Assembly: GCA_963728565.1 (NCBI GenBank)
Contig: CAVSLC010000016.1
Coordinates: 1-64,000 of the forward strand
DNA from: an uncultured delta proteobacterium
Lineage (GTDB): Bacteria > Desulfobacterota > Binatia > UBA9968
Reading direction: 5' to 3'
DNA: 64,000 nt
In this document: one piece after another, positions 9,843 through 19,761 of the stretch
Position numbering within the stretch: the first letter of the stretch is position 1
How the letters are laid out: every line of letters begins with the position of its first letter
The notes under the pieces: model-generated
What the model was told of the DNA's origin: nothing
Databases searched by the model: none
What the model saw: only the letters and a program-made list of their open reading frames with translations
Program-made: the position numbers and the translations under genes

Positions 9843-11479
9843 CAGACTGTGTAAAAACTCTTTGAGCTTTCGTGGGCAACGATTGAGCGGCTCATTGAAT
9901 TCGTTTGTCACCTTAAAAACCGCGACTCCTTAAGCTAAGGATCCTCTCTTCTTAGGTAACGGCCTCCATCATTTTCCTTACTCCGAGAATATTCATCACT
10001 CGTCTGAGGTTGTATGCCAGTATCGTCAGACTGGTCTCGGCTCCGACTTTACTTAATCCCCGCATCAAAAAGTAACCCTGGTTCATTGCCCGTTTGATGG
10101 TACCAAAAGGATGCTCCACGAGACACTTTCGTAGCTCTACCTTCTCGGGATGCTCTGCCACTCGCCGGGCCATCGCTTCCATAATCGCTTCATCGACCCA
10201 GCGCGTGATCCTCCGCCTTCCTCTCTTGTTGATGCTACATTTTGACTTTAACTCACAGCTGTTACAGCCATAGATCTGGTAGGAGTGCACCGGCCGGCCC
10301 TGCTCCACACTGTCAAAACGATAGCTCAGCTCTTTTCCCGCGGGACACCGGTAGCAGTCCCTTTGTGGCTCATAAAGAAAGTCCTCTTTGGTAAACAGGC
10401 CGCGCTTAAGGTTCGATGAATTATTGGGCTTGGGCACGTAAACCGTCATCCCTGACTGCTCGCAGGCTTTGACCTCTTCCCCGTTGTAGTAACCCCGGTC
10501 TGCCACCACTTCTAACTTCTTCACCCCAAGCATCTCTTGAGCCTTCTTGGCCATCGTGGACAGTTGCCCTTGGTCAGTGACTTCATTGGTCACCTCGTGC
10601 TGCACCACTAACTTATGCTTGTGATCGACCACGATCTGCACGTTGTAGCTGACCTCCACTGCGTGCCCTACACGCATCGAGCGGCTCTGCGGATCCGTCA
10701 ACGATACTTGACTCTCTTCACTCTGTTCTAGATTACTCTTGATCTGCTCATACTGCGTTCGGCGCTGCTGGTATTGTTCGATCTTATCCTTGAGTTGTTC
10801 TGGACTCAGACGCCGTTGCCCGGCTTCCTGCTGATCCTGTCGATCAAGGCCTTAAGATACTGATCGATCTTGCCGTCAATTTCTTTTAGCATCCGCCTGA
10901 GCTTCTTTTCCGTGAAGTTGCGCTTCGAACTATTCACCGCCCGAAACTTACTGCCGTCGATGGCCACCAACTCTCCCCCAAATAGCTCCAGCCGCTTGCA
11001 CCATAACGTGAATTCTCGACACACCTGCTTAATCCCTTGAGCATTATCCTTGCGAAAGTCCGCTATCGTCTTAAAGTCCGGCCTAAGTTTGCGCATCAGC
11101 CACATCAACTCAACGTTGCGTCCCGCTTCTTTTTCCAACTGCCGACTTGAGCGCGTCCGATTCAGATACCCGTACACATACAGCCGTAAAAGATCCCAGG
11201 ATCATATGGCGGTCGTCCCGTCTCTTTCGGGATCGCCTTTAAAAATCCCAGCTCCGATAGATCCAGTCCTTCGATAAACACATCAATAAATCGAACCGCA
11301 TTCTCCTCACTGATGTAGTCGTCCAGAACCTCTGGAAACAGCACCGTCTGCTTACGGTCTTCTCCCTCAATGTATCCCATCCAACATCTCCCTTGATCTC
11401 AACGTTGGATGATTCTACAGTCGATCGAGTTTAACGTGAATAAAAATTTGGTCTTCTTTTAGAGTTTTCACACAGTCTG
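9843..11479 (-). mobile_element. IS1182-family insertion sequence, 1637 bp
   Basis: TIRs CAGACTGTGTAAAAACTCT (9843-9861) and AGAGTTTTCACACAGTCTG (11461-11479), 18/19 match; 4-bp duplication ACGA at 9839-9842 and 11480-11483. Confidence 0.93.
9952..11380 (-). CDS. IS1182-family DDE transposase, frameshifted near 11197 and 10850
   Basis: 'GRPPYDP', 'YGYLN..RSSR.LE', 'PDFKTIADFRK', 'VAIDGSK', 'TDPQSR', 'ADRGY', 'YRCPAG', 'VEHPFGTIK', 'LAYNL'. Confidence 0.92.
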
Positions 11480-11523
11480 ACGAAGCAGATGGTGCTTTTT
11501 CAACGGTCTGGCAGGAGGAAAAT

Positions 11524-12249
11524 ATGTACGGTTGGCGGGCAAAGATCGGGCATGTCGCCCCGTCCCGTGGCGATACTCTGGTGTATGAATTCTATCAGAT
11601 GATGCCGCAAGGCTTCATGATACTGAACAGCACCGGAACAATCCGTCAGTTGGTGGACGCGGACTTTGAACGACAGTTGCAACGGATAGAGGAGGCGGCC
11701 CAGGATCTCGTCGAAAATAAATGTGACGCGATCATCATTGGCGGCTCGCCATTGTTTACCAAGCTCGGCTACGGCAGCGACATCGAAATGGAGAAGAAGT
11801 TAACTGCCAGGTTCGGCGTTCCGACTTCTCCGGGAATAACCGGCGAGATTGCGGCGCTGAGATCTCTCAATCTCAAAAAGCTCGTGGTCGCCACACCGCA
11901 TGAAGATTCGCTCAACGATCGGATGAAGGCATTTCTGGAAGCATCAGGTTTCAACGTGCTGAAAATCCAGGGTTACGGGGTGCGCAAGAATGCCGATCTC
12001 ACGGACATGGATATTCATGCGGCTTATCGGATCGCGAAAAAACTCTACGAACAAGCAAGCGATGCAGACGGCATATTCGTCCCCTGCCCGCGTTGGCCGA
12101 CCATTACCGATGTCGATTTGCTGGAACGCGAGATCGGCAAGCCGGTCGTAACCAGTTGCCAAGCATACATCTGGCATGCTTTGAAAATGGCGAAGGTCAA
12201 AGAAGGTATTGAAGGCTTCGGGCGATTGATGGCTTCGCTGGCAGATTGA
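11524..12249 (+). CDS. Arylmalonate decarboxylase/maleate isomerase (Asp/Glu racemase superfamily) protein
   Basis: 'GWRAKIGHVAPS', 'VVATPH', 'DADGIFVPCP', 'LLEREIGKPVVTS'; RBS AGGAGG. Confidence 0.85.
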   Translation: MYGWRAKIGHVAPSRGDTLVYEFYQMMPQGFMILNSTGTIRQLVDADFERQLQRIEEAAQDLVENKCDAIIIGGSPLFTKLGYGSDIEMEKKLTARFGVPTSPGITGEIAALRSLNLKKLVVATPHEDSLNDRMKAFLEASGFNVLKIQGYGVRKNADLTDMDIHAAYRIAKKLYEQASDADGIFVPCPRWPTITDVDLLEREIGKPVVTSCQAYIWHALKMAKVKEGIEGFGRLMASLAD

Positions 12250-12324
12250 GCGAAGTGTGTTCTCGAGGCTTGCGCTGCGGCGCAGAGCTGAACACGGCTG
12301 TTGTCTTGAAGGAAGAATGGAAAA

Positions 12325-13050
12325 TTATTTTCGCCGGCCGAATACGTCCTTGAGCAAATCGGTTACCCGCGCCGCCGGATTGGTGCGGATTTTCTGCTCT
12401 TCTTGACCGACGACGAAGAAGAGACCATCCGTTGTCTTTTCAGTTACATACTGATCAATATCAAAGGAGATGCTTTGCGCGAACGGCACTGCTTTATACC
12501 GACCGATCAAGTCGTTGTATTGCCGCGTTACTCCAACATCGGCCATGACAGTGGCGACGGTAGGTCTGAATGCGCTGTGCAGCTTTTTAGATGTTTTTCC
12601 CTTGAAGTAATCAGTCGCCGCGGTATCGTTGCCGTTCAGGATTTTGCTTGCATCGTCGAAGGTCATCTGGCCAATTGCGTCCCAGAAGATCTCCTTGGCA
12701 AACGGTACCGCCTTTTCAGCGGCGCGATTCATGCTGATAATGAACTCGTCAATCTGCGGCCCGTAACCGACCAGACGCAGCGGCTGCTCGATATTCTGTA
12801 GCGGCCTCGGCATCAGAATTTTGATCGCCTGATTTTTGAGGAAGCCATCCACCGAGCCGGTCTGCAGCACGGCATTCTCAGTGCCGACCTTAAGCGCCTC
12901 CTGTAGGCCCGATCCGATCTTCCCGTCATTCGGCCCCCCACTTCCGGCGCCGCTTAGCCCGCCCAACCCTTTGAGCACTTTATCGAATTGCGCCGATACC
13001 GGACTGACCGCCATAAGGACGAATAAGCAGGCCGCTGTGAACTTGATCAT
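12325..13050 (-). CDS. DUF4197-family secreted protein
   Basis: Signal peptide; 'GLQEALKVG', '[10 protein letters not shown]', 'AATDYF', '[30 protein letters not shown]'. Confidence 0.88.
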   Translation of the reverse strand: MIKFTAACLFVLMAVSPVSAQFDKVLKGLGGLSGAGSGGPNDGKIGSGLQEALKVGTENAVLQTGSVDGFLKNQAIKILMPRPLQNIEQPLRLVGYGPQIDEFIISMNRAAEKAVPFAKEIFWDAIGQMTFDDASKILNGNDTAATDYFKGKTSKKLHSAFRPTVATVMADVGVTRQYNDLIGRYKAVPFAQSISFDIDQYVTEKTTDGLFFVVGQEEQKIRTNPAARVTDLLKDVFGRRK

Positions 13051-13127
13051 GACTGAAGGCTCCTTTTAGGTGGCGGACGACGGGAAAATGTCAGCTGAAG
13101 AGAATCACCCGGGGATTCCCCGATATG

Positions 13128-13529
13128 CTAAAGCAAATCTTTCTTGCGCTCGTCAGACGAACCGTTTTCTCCCAATCTGGGATAAATTGTTGCGGCGGCG
13201 AAAACCGCATCGACGATTAGATTCATGATCTCGTCTTTAGCCTCATGCGGTGACAGCCTGAACGCGGTGCGCAGCGGTTGGATGGCCGACTTCCAGCGGC
13301 CCACGCTGATGTACGATCTACCTAAATAGAGATAGGCTTGCGCGGAGTTAGGATTTTCTAGAGTTGACTTCCTGAAATGCTGAATCGCGGAATCGAACTG
13401 GCCTTGATTGAACGAAGCCATTCCCTCTTCGAAGCTGTCGTGCCCGGGAGTAAAGCTTCTGAGAGTTGCACAGGAACTCAATAGCGCCACCGCCATGGTG
13501 AAGATTAATGGCGCGAACACTTTACTCAT
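13128..13529 (-). CDS. TPR-repeat lipoprotein
   Basis: Lipobox 'LLSSC'; TPR motifs 'EEGMASFNQGQFDSAI...P..AQAYLYLGRSY'. Confidence 0.8.
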   Translation of the reverse strand: MSKVFAPLIFTMAVALLSSCATLRSFTPGHDSFEEGMASFNQGQFDSAIQHFRKSTLENPNSAQAYLYLGRSYISVGRWKSAIQPLRTAFRLSPHEAKDEIMNLIVDAVFAAATIYPRLGENGSSDERKKDLL

Positions 13530-13576
13530 TTTTGACAACGCGAGTTATTGTGGCTTGGCCGGCTGAGCTTGATTGT

Positions 13577-13900
13577 CTATTTGCCTAGAGCCGACTTGAG
13601 CATCGGCTCCAGCTCGCCCCGCTCATGCAGTTCGTGCACGATATCGCAGCCGCCGACGAATTTTCCGTCTATATAAACCTGCGGAATGGTGGGCCAGTTC
13701 GAATACCTCTTGATTCCATCCCGCACAGCAGCATCGGCCAAGACATCCGCCGTAGTAAACGGCACCCCGTAGGATCTTAAGATCTCCACCGTGTGAGCCG
13801 AAAAGCCGCACTGAGGAAAATCCGGCGTGCCCTTCATAAACAGCATTACCTTGTTGTTTTTGACTTTGGAATCGATTTCGTTCAGGACATCTTCTGCCAT
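13577..13900 (-). CDS. grxD: Monothiol glutaredoxin (Grx4 family)
   Basis: 'FMKGTPDFPQCGFS', 'SNWPTIPQVYI', 'GGCDI'; RBS AGGAGAAGG. Confidence 0.97.
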   Translation of the reverse strand: MAEDVLNEIDSKVKNNKVMLFMKGTPDFPQCGFSAHTVEILRSYGVPFTTADVLADAAVRDGIKRYSNWPTIPQVYIDGKFVGGCDIVHELHERGELEPMLKSALGK

Positions 13901-13927
13901 AATCCTTCTCCTTATTTATCTGCGAAC

Positions 13928-14182
13928 CTATGAGCCAAGCTTCGCCCACTGCTCCGGTGTAAAGGTTTTGAGCGCGAGCGCATGAATACGCTGATCGCCC
14001 ATCTCCTCCTTAAGCGCCGCGTAAACCATCTGATGTTGCTCGATCAACCCCTTACCCTCGAACGCTGGCGAAACGATAAACACTTGCCAGTGGTCTCCGC
14101 CCCCAGTGAGATCCTGCATTTCGATGGTGGAACCGGGAAGCGCTTGTTCCAGAGTGCTTTTGATTTGTTCCGGAGTGATCAT
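13928..14182 (-). CDS. bolA: BolA/IbaG-family Fe-S metabolism protein
   Basis: 'GGDHWQVFIVSPAFEGK..IEQHQMVY', 'IHALALKT'; adjacent to grxD. Confidence 0.93.
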   Translation of the reverse strand: MITPEQIKSTLEQALPGSTIEMQDLTGGGDHWQVFIVSPAFEGKGLIEQHQMVYAALKEEMGDQRIHALALKTFTPEQWAKLGS

Positions 14183-14241
14183 AGGCGAATCTTACCGACT
14201 TGATTCGTCCCTTTCAAGCTCAAATTAAACGGCCTTCGGCT

Positions 14242-14742
14242 CTAAGCTTGAGGATCGAAGTCCGACCGCACTCTTTTCATCATGGCGCGCAGATCCATGC
14301 GCAGCTCATCGAGAGTAGGACGGCCGACGTACCAGTAGCCACAGTAGAAGCTGTGAACCGTCAGATCCGGCATCAACGAAAAGGTATAAGGGATTGCTGT
14401 AATGCCGCGCGACTTTGAGGTTTCAGTCATATCAAGGGCTTGAACGACTTTGCGATCTTGATCACTCAGAAACGGGAACTCGGCGCCGAGACCGGTTCGA
14501 AAGGCCGAATTCACTTCCGGCGGATCGACGCTCACCACCACCAGCTTACAATAGTTAATCGCCAACTCTTTCTGGAATTCGACATAATGGCGCAACTGCA
14601 CCTGGCATTTGCCTCACCAGTAGCCGCGATAGAACGACAGGATCAATGGAAATTTGCCGGCATACTGCGAAAGCTTAACCGGTTGACTGTCATGATCGAC
14701 CATTTCGAAATCGGGGAATTGCTTGCCAATATTTTGATTCAT
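14242..14742 (-). CDS. AhpC/TSA (peroxiredoxin-like) selenoprotein, 166 aa, Sec at codon 43
   Basis: ATG 14742 after AGGAAGAAGG reads MNQNIGKQFPDFEMVDHDSQPVKLSQYAGKFPLILSFYRGYW-TGA(14616-14614)-GKCQVQL, in frame with ORF 14242-14601 ('VVVSVD', 'FPFLSD'). Confidence 0.85.
14592..14612 (-). promoter_or_regulatory. Candidate bacterial SECIS hairpin
   Basis: Just 3' of the UGA: GCAAAUGC-CAGGU-GCAGUUGC, 8-bp stem with one mismatch and a G-containing loop. Confidence 0.55.
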
Positions 14743-14793
14743 AACCTTCTTCCTACATCAATGATACCACAGTACGAGATCAACAGATCACGA

Positions 14794-15789
14794 CTATGGG
14801 TAGCGCTTTGCCATTTCGGCAAAGAATCCCTCTTTCTCCAGCTGTTGAAGCAGGCTCAGATCGACGAACTGTTCGGGTTTGGCAGCTTTTGCCTGCGGGT
14901 TCTTGGCAGCGAGATCATCGAGCAGATACTGAATTCCCTTGAGGGTTGGGTAAGGCCGCTTGGCAACACTTTTCACGAACGCCGTATAAGTCGCTTCGAG
15001 AGCCTCGGCATCCGCGCTGCGTAGGTATTGGCCGACGATTTTCTTCGTTTCATCGCGATTCTTGTGTATGTAGTGGATCGACTCAACGTAGCCCTTTAAC
15101 GCGCTCAAAGCGGTTTCTCGTTGAGTGCGAATAAACGTCCGGGAAGTGGCAAACCCGTTGCCTTGCACCTCTATCCCTAAATCCAACATATCGAAGATTT
15201 CGATTAAGCCCTGTTTGCGCGCTCTCGGGGTTTCCGATGGCGTCAAAATAGTGGCGTCGATGCGATTTGACTCCATGGCCGCCAAACGGTCGGGAGTAGG
15301 CCCTGAAACGACGAGCATGACGTCTTTGTTCGGTTCGAGGTTAAATTTTTTGAGAAGGATCAACGCCGCCGTATGCGATGCCGAGCCGAAGCCGCTTACG
15401 CCTAGTCGTTTTCCCTTGAGTTGCTCTAGTTTCGTAGTCGCGGGGCGTGCCACGACCGAATAGTTATAAGTACTCTCTGACGAGCCAATGAGAACAACAT
15501 CGTAACCCTGCAGTCCCGCCGGTACTACTGTGCCGATGTTGACAATCGGCGGATCGCCGGCAACCAGTGCCTGAGTTGCCATCCCTCCGCCACGGAAAAA
15601 AATGACTTCGGCATCCAGGCCATACTTGCGAAACAATCCCGCCTCTTTCGCCACCCAAATATGGATTTGATTGTAAGATACCGCGGGATAGCCAATTTTG
15701 ATTTTCTTAAGCTCTTGCGCCTGCGCCAAGGTCGCGGCACACGTTAGCCCCAACACGAACAAGACCGCGATCATCCTAACCGCTTTCAT
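14794..15789 (-). CDS. NMT1/THI5/SsuA-like substrate-binding protein
   Basis: Signal peptide; 'IWVAKEAGLFRKYGLD', 'LKGKRLGVSGFGS', 'PEQFVDLS'. Confidence 0.88.
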   Translation of the reverse strand: MKAVRMIAVLFVLGLTCAATLAQAQELKKIKIGYPAVSYNQIHIWVAKEAGLFRKYGLDAEVIFFRGGGMATQALVAGDPPIVNIGTVVPAGLQGYDVVLIGSSESTYNYSVVARPATTKLEQLKGKRLGVSGFGSASHTAALILLKKFNLEPNKDVMLVVSGPTPDRLAAMESNRIDATILTPSETPRARKQGLIEIFDMLDLGIEVQGNGFATSRTFIRTQRETALSALKGYVESIHYIHKNRDETKKIVGQYLRSADAEALEATYTAFVKSVAKRPYPTLKGIQYLLDDLAAKNPQAKAAKPEQFVDLSLLQQLEKEGFFAEMAKRYP

Positions 15790-16123
15790 TTCTTACCTTT
15801 CGTTTTTCCAACTAAACCCCTGGCCAATAATGATCCTGAGAAGGGTATCTATAGCCGCCTCTTTTACTCGCACTCCGGTAATACCAACGCCACCGTTTAC
15901 AACCACCCTTCCATCTCACCCATTCTTTTCTGCAGTGTGCGTCTGTGTCATCGCCATTTCTTCTCGACTAACAAAACTACGGGTAGGTCTGGAGTTGTTG
16001 TGAAAACCCACGAGAATGCCGCTTTGTCACCGCGACCATCCAGTAGCCGGTGTTTGTTATGGCAGTAGATCTATTTACCCTGGGCATAAAGTAACCGGTT
16101 TGTATAAGCAATTGCGGAACGGA

Positions 16124-16873
16124 TCAATTGGCGGGCCTTGACCAGTCTTGCGCCTCCAACATTTGGCCAGTGAGGTTTTCTGACTGAGCAGAAGCCAGAT
16201 GAACGAAGATTGGCGTAATCTGTTCCGGTGTCGGTAACGTCAGCGGGTCTTCTTCCGGATAGGCCTCGGCGCGCATCTCGGTCCGCGTAGGTCCCGGATT
16301 GACGCTGTTTACCCGAATGCCAAATTCCTTAACTTCGTCAGCCAGAACTTGAGTGAGCCCTTCCAGACCAAACTTTGACACGGCGTAGGCGCCCCACCGA
16401 GCTCGACCGACACGCCCAACGCCCGATGAGACATTAATAATGGAACCATGACGCTGCACGATCATACGTTTGACCACCTGCTGGGATAAAAGAAATACAC
16501 CGTGCAAGTTCACGCGAATCACCTCTTCCCATTGCCTAAACGGGTACTCAACGAGAGCCACCCGTGGCCCGAGCAAGCTGGCGTTGTTGACGAGCGTGTC
16601 AATCGTTTGAAATCTTTCAACGACGGCATCGACGATCCGGCAGACATCGGTCTCTTTGCCGACGTCACCTGCGCAACCATCAACATGTGCGTCGGTGCTG
16701 TCGTAGCGAAACTCGCGCACGGTTGCCGCAACCTCCTGCTGGTTGCGAGCGCAAATAAACACGCGGGCGCCTTCACGGACGTATGCCGCGGCGACGGCTT
16801 TGCCGATGCCGCGCGTTGCTCCTGTGATTAGAGCAACGTTATTGATAAGTTTTTTCTGATGCGCGCTTGTCAT
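16124..16873 (-). CDS. SDR oxidoreductase (YciK-like)
   Basis: 'TGATRGIG', 'LVNNA', 'WGAYAVSKF', 'VNPGPTRTEMRAEAYPEEDP'. Confidence 0.9.
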   Translation of the reverse strand: MTSAHQKKLINNVALITGATRGIGKAVAAAYVREGARVFICARNQQEVAATVREFRYDSTDAHVDGCAGDVGKETDVCRIVDAVVERFQTIDTLVNNASLLGPRVALVEYPFRQWEEVIRVNLHGVFLLSQQVVKRMIVQRHGSIINVSSGVGRVGRARWGAYAVSKFGLEGLTQVLADEVKEFGIRVNSVNPGPTRTEMRAEAYPEEDPLTLPTPEQITPIFVHLASAQSENLTGQMLEAQDWSRPAN

Positions 16874-16905
16874 GCTTCAGATCGTATACCATAGTTAAAC
16901 ACTCC

Positions 16906-17841
16906 ATGAAATGCATGAGCACACATCAAAGACTGCTTATTTTTCTCGTCATTGTGCTAGCGCTGACGGGTATTCTCAGCCCGTGGTTTGCGATCGCTAC
17001 GGATTGGGTGGTCGCCCGGTTGCCGGGCGTGGAACGTTTTCCTTTCTCACGCATCTTTAACCGCACATTCATGTTTTCGGGCATCGTGTTATTTTTCCTC
17101 TGCCGCCGCCTGCTTAGAATTGGCAATCTTGCCGAACTGGGTTTTGTCAGCCTCCGTAGAGGCGGCGGCGATCTGCTCCGTGGCTGGAGCTTAGCCGTGG
17201 GATCTCTTGCGGCGTTACTGTTAGCAATGTCGGTCGCTCAGGTCTTTGAGCCCTATTTCAGGCTGTCGTTATCGCGCTCATTGTCGCGTTCCTTAAGCGC
17301 GCTGCTGTCAGGAGTTTTTGCCGGGTCATTAGAAGAAATTTTTTTTCGCGGAATCTTATTCAAGGGAATGCTTCAAAACGGCAGGCTGGTTCGAGCCGTT
17401 GTGCTATCAAACTTATTCTATTCGGCGTTGCACTTCGTTAAGCCAGGAGAACCCTACTTCGTCGATGGCTTTGATCCGCTGGCCGGATTTCGTCATTTGT
17501 CCTACACCTTCACCCCGTTTCTAGAACCATTAGATATTCTTCCGGGAATGTTCGGTCTGTTTCTGCTCGGGGTAGTTTTGAGCTATGCATTTTTACGGAC
17601 GGGAAATCTATATCTATCGATCGGCTTGCATGCGGGTTGGATTTTTGGCTTGAAGTCGGTGCGGGTTTTTGGCGACTACACGCGCGATGACTTAGGCTGG
17701 TTATTCGGTTCCACCGATCCCAAGATCGTCAGTGGAGTCGCCGCCTGGATAGGGATCATTAGCGTACTCCTGCTGGTTCACTGGTTGACACGAAACCGCT
17801 GCGGTCTGACAAGCGACCAAACGCCGCGCCGGGACGTTTAG
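16906..17841 (+). CDS. CPBP-family (Abi/CAAX) intramembrane metalloprotease
   Basis: 'EEIFFRG', 'FYSALH', 'SIGLHAGW'; multiple TM helices; start 16906 or 16915. Confidence 0.88.
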   Translation: MKCMSTHQRLLIFLVIVLALTGILSPWFAIATDWVVARLPGVERFPFSRIFNRTFMFSGIVLFFLCRRLLRIGNLAELGFVSLRRGGGDLLRGWSLAVGSLAALLLAMSVAQVFEPYFRLSLSRSLSRSLSALLSGVFAGSLEEIFFRGILFKGMLQNGRLVRAVVLSNLFYSALHFVKPGEPYFVDGFDPLAGFRHLSYTFTPFLEPLDILPGMFGLFLLGVVLSYAFLRTGNLYLSIGLHAGWIFGLKSVRVFGDYTRDDLGWLFGSTDPKIVSGVAAWIGIISVLLLVHWLTRNRCGLTSDQTPRRDV

Positions 17842-17932
17842 TCCTTCCGTCTCGGTTAAATTCTCCCGTTAGCCGTTGCGACCTGGAACCGCGTGGCCTA
17901 GAATCCGCCCATCTAAATCAATGGGAGGATCC

Positions 17933-18715
17933 ATGGCAGAACAACAACCGAAAATCGTGACCGGTATCGGCAAGGCCGAGCTTCACCGTATTCTCGTTCG
18001 CGGATACGATCTTAATAAAGATCTGGTCGGTAAAATCACTTTCACTGATATGACGTCGCTCATGCTGCGCGGTCGGCTGCCCACGCCTAACGAAGCAAAA
18101 ATGCTCGATGCGCTGCTGGTGATTCTTGTCGAGCATGGAATGGTTTCGCACGTCATTGCCGCTCGACTCATTTATCATTGCGCTCCCGAGGCAATTCAGG
18201 CCGCAGTCGCCGCGGCCCTTTGCGGCGCCGGTAGCGTGCATCTTGGATCGTCTGAATGGTCGGCGAAAATGCTTACCGAGGCACTGCCAAGCGACAGCAA
18301 GAATCCTGATTTGGAACAGATTGCCACTACGATCTTCGATGACTATTCGGTGCGGAAACAGCGTATCCCCGGAATCGGCCACCGCACTCATGCCGAAGGC
18401 GATCCTCGTGCCGAGACTCTCTTCGGAATCGCCAAGGAAAATAAAATCTACGGAAGCTATTGCGAGCTGCTGCAAAAGCTTTCCGAAGTTGCCACCCAAC
18501 GAAGGAAGAGGTTAATTCCAGTCAATGTCACCGGCGCCATCGCGGCGATTGCTCTGGACATGGGCTTTCCTTGGCAAATCACCAAGGCCTTTGCGTTGAT
18601 CGGCCGCACGCTTGGCGTCATGGGCCACATTGCCGAGGAGATTCGTGCTCCGATGGCGACGCAAATCGATGCAGCCATCAAACAGGCGATCGTCTACGAG
18701 CCTTACCGGACCTGA
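17933..18715 (+). CDS. Citryl-CoA lyase / citrate-synthase-family protein
   Basis: 'VRGYDL..DLVGKITF', 'LVEHG', 'HLG', 'IPGIGHR.H..GDPR', 'PVNVTGA'; RBS GGAGG. Confidence 0.85.
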   Translation: MAEQQPKIVTGIGKAELHRILVRGYDLNKDLVGKITFTDMTSLMLRGRLPTPNEAKMLDALLVILVEHGMVSHVIAARLIYHCAPEAIQAAVAAALCGAGSVHLGSSEWSAKMLTEALPSDSKNPDLEQIATTIFDDYSVRKQRIPGIGHRTHAEGDPRAETLFGIAKENKIYGSYCELLQKLSEVATQRRKRLIPVNVTGAIAAIALDMGFPWQITKAFALIGRTLGVMGHIAEEIRAPMATQIDAAIKQAIVYEPYRT

Positions 18716-18912
18716 GATTGCGCTCAAACTACAAAGACGGCGATTCCATGGCTTGGTCCTGCTCCCACAGTCGAGTTTGACTTACTGCATTAAGAATGCT
18801 GTGGTATGAAGGCAGCCCTGTCGCGGTGGTATGCCGCCGAAAATTGCGCAGCTTCCGTGTTTCCGTTGTAATCCCGCGTCGACGATGATCCGCTGTGCTT
18901 GAAGGAGAGCAG

Positions 18913-19677
18913 ATGACTTACCAGAATATTTTGACAGAGCAGATTGACAAGGTTGCTTTGATCACTCTCAATCGTCCGGAAAAACTAAATGCGATGAGCT
19001 ACGAATTGGCTCGCGAGCTCGATGCCGAGCTGATAAAACTCGAGAGCAACGATACTGTCAACGCAGTGGTTTTGACTGGCGCCGGCCCCCGCGCGTTTTC
19101 CGCCGGCGGCGATATTCATCAGATGGCCAAATCAAGCGATGAGGAACTTGCCGCCCGGACCGAATTCCGCAGTCAGGCGAACTGGCGCATCGCTACATTT
19201 GCAAAGCCGATCATCGGCGCCATCAATGGTTTGGCTTACGGCGCCGGAGCGCAACTCACTTCCATGCTCGACATCCGCATCGGCTGCGAGATCACCGAGT
19301 TTCGCTTCCTGGCAGCGCGCTATGGACGCGTCAATTCATCTTGGTCGCTGCCGCTGGTGGTGGGTATCGCCAAAGCGAAAGAGCTGCTCTACACTGGACG
19401 AGTGGTTCAGGCAGTTGAGGCTGAGAAGATCGGGCTGCTCAATCAACTCGTGCCCGCCGGCGAGCTGCTCGCTAAATCTATTGAAATGGCTCAACTCATC
19501 AGTGAAAACGATCCCCGAATGGTGCAGGGGATCAAACGGCTACTGCATGAGAATGTTGGCAGGGATTGGCGCGGGTGCTACGACAATGAGCAAAATGCCA
19601 GAAAGAGCCGGCTCAAATCGAATCACCCGCGCGAAGGGTTCAAGGAGTTCCTTAGTCGCAAGGGTATTCGCAATTAG
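18913..19677 (+). CDS. Enoyl-CoA hydratase/isomerase (crotonase) family protein
   Basis: 'ITLNRPEKLNA', 'AFSAGGDI', 'KPIIGAINGLAYGAG'; RBS GAAGGAG. Confidence 0.9.
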   Translation: MTYQNILTEQIDKVALITLNRPEKLNAMSYELARELDAELIKLESNDTVNAVVLTGAGPRAFSAGGDIHQMAKSSDEELAARTEFRSQANWRIATFAKPIIGAINGLAYGAGAQLTSMLDIRIGCEITEFRFLAARYGRVNSSWSLPLVVGIAKAKELLYTGRVVQAVEAEKIGLLNQLVPAGELLAKSIEMAQLISENDPRMVQGIKRLLHENVGRDWRGCYDNEQNARKSRLKSNHPREGFKEFLSRKGIRN

Positions 19678-19761
19678 CAAGACGGTTGTTGGAACCTCTG
19701 GCCTTCGGTAAGGCCTCGAGCGACCGCTGATTAGATGCTGGTCCCTAACCCGATGTGCTCC

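Larger units (their letters stand above)
9744..11511. repeat. 127-bp palindromic MITE/REP-like element interrupted by the IS (9744-9842 plus 11484-11511)
   Basis: Left end CCAGACCGGTCAAAAAGTAACAGCTGC vs reverse complement of right end CCAGACCGTTGAAAAAGCACCATCTGC (22/27); central CGTAC-TCTTGAT-GTACG hairpin. Confidence 0.7.

Noticed and set aside
10806-11380. Programmed frameshifting in the transposase
   Set aside because: IS1182 transposases are normally single ORFs; no slippery heptamer is evident and similar indels occur throughout the window.
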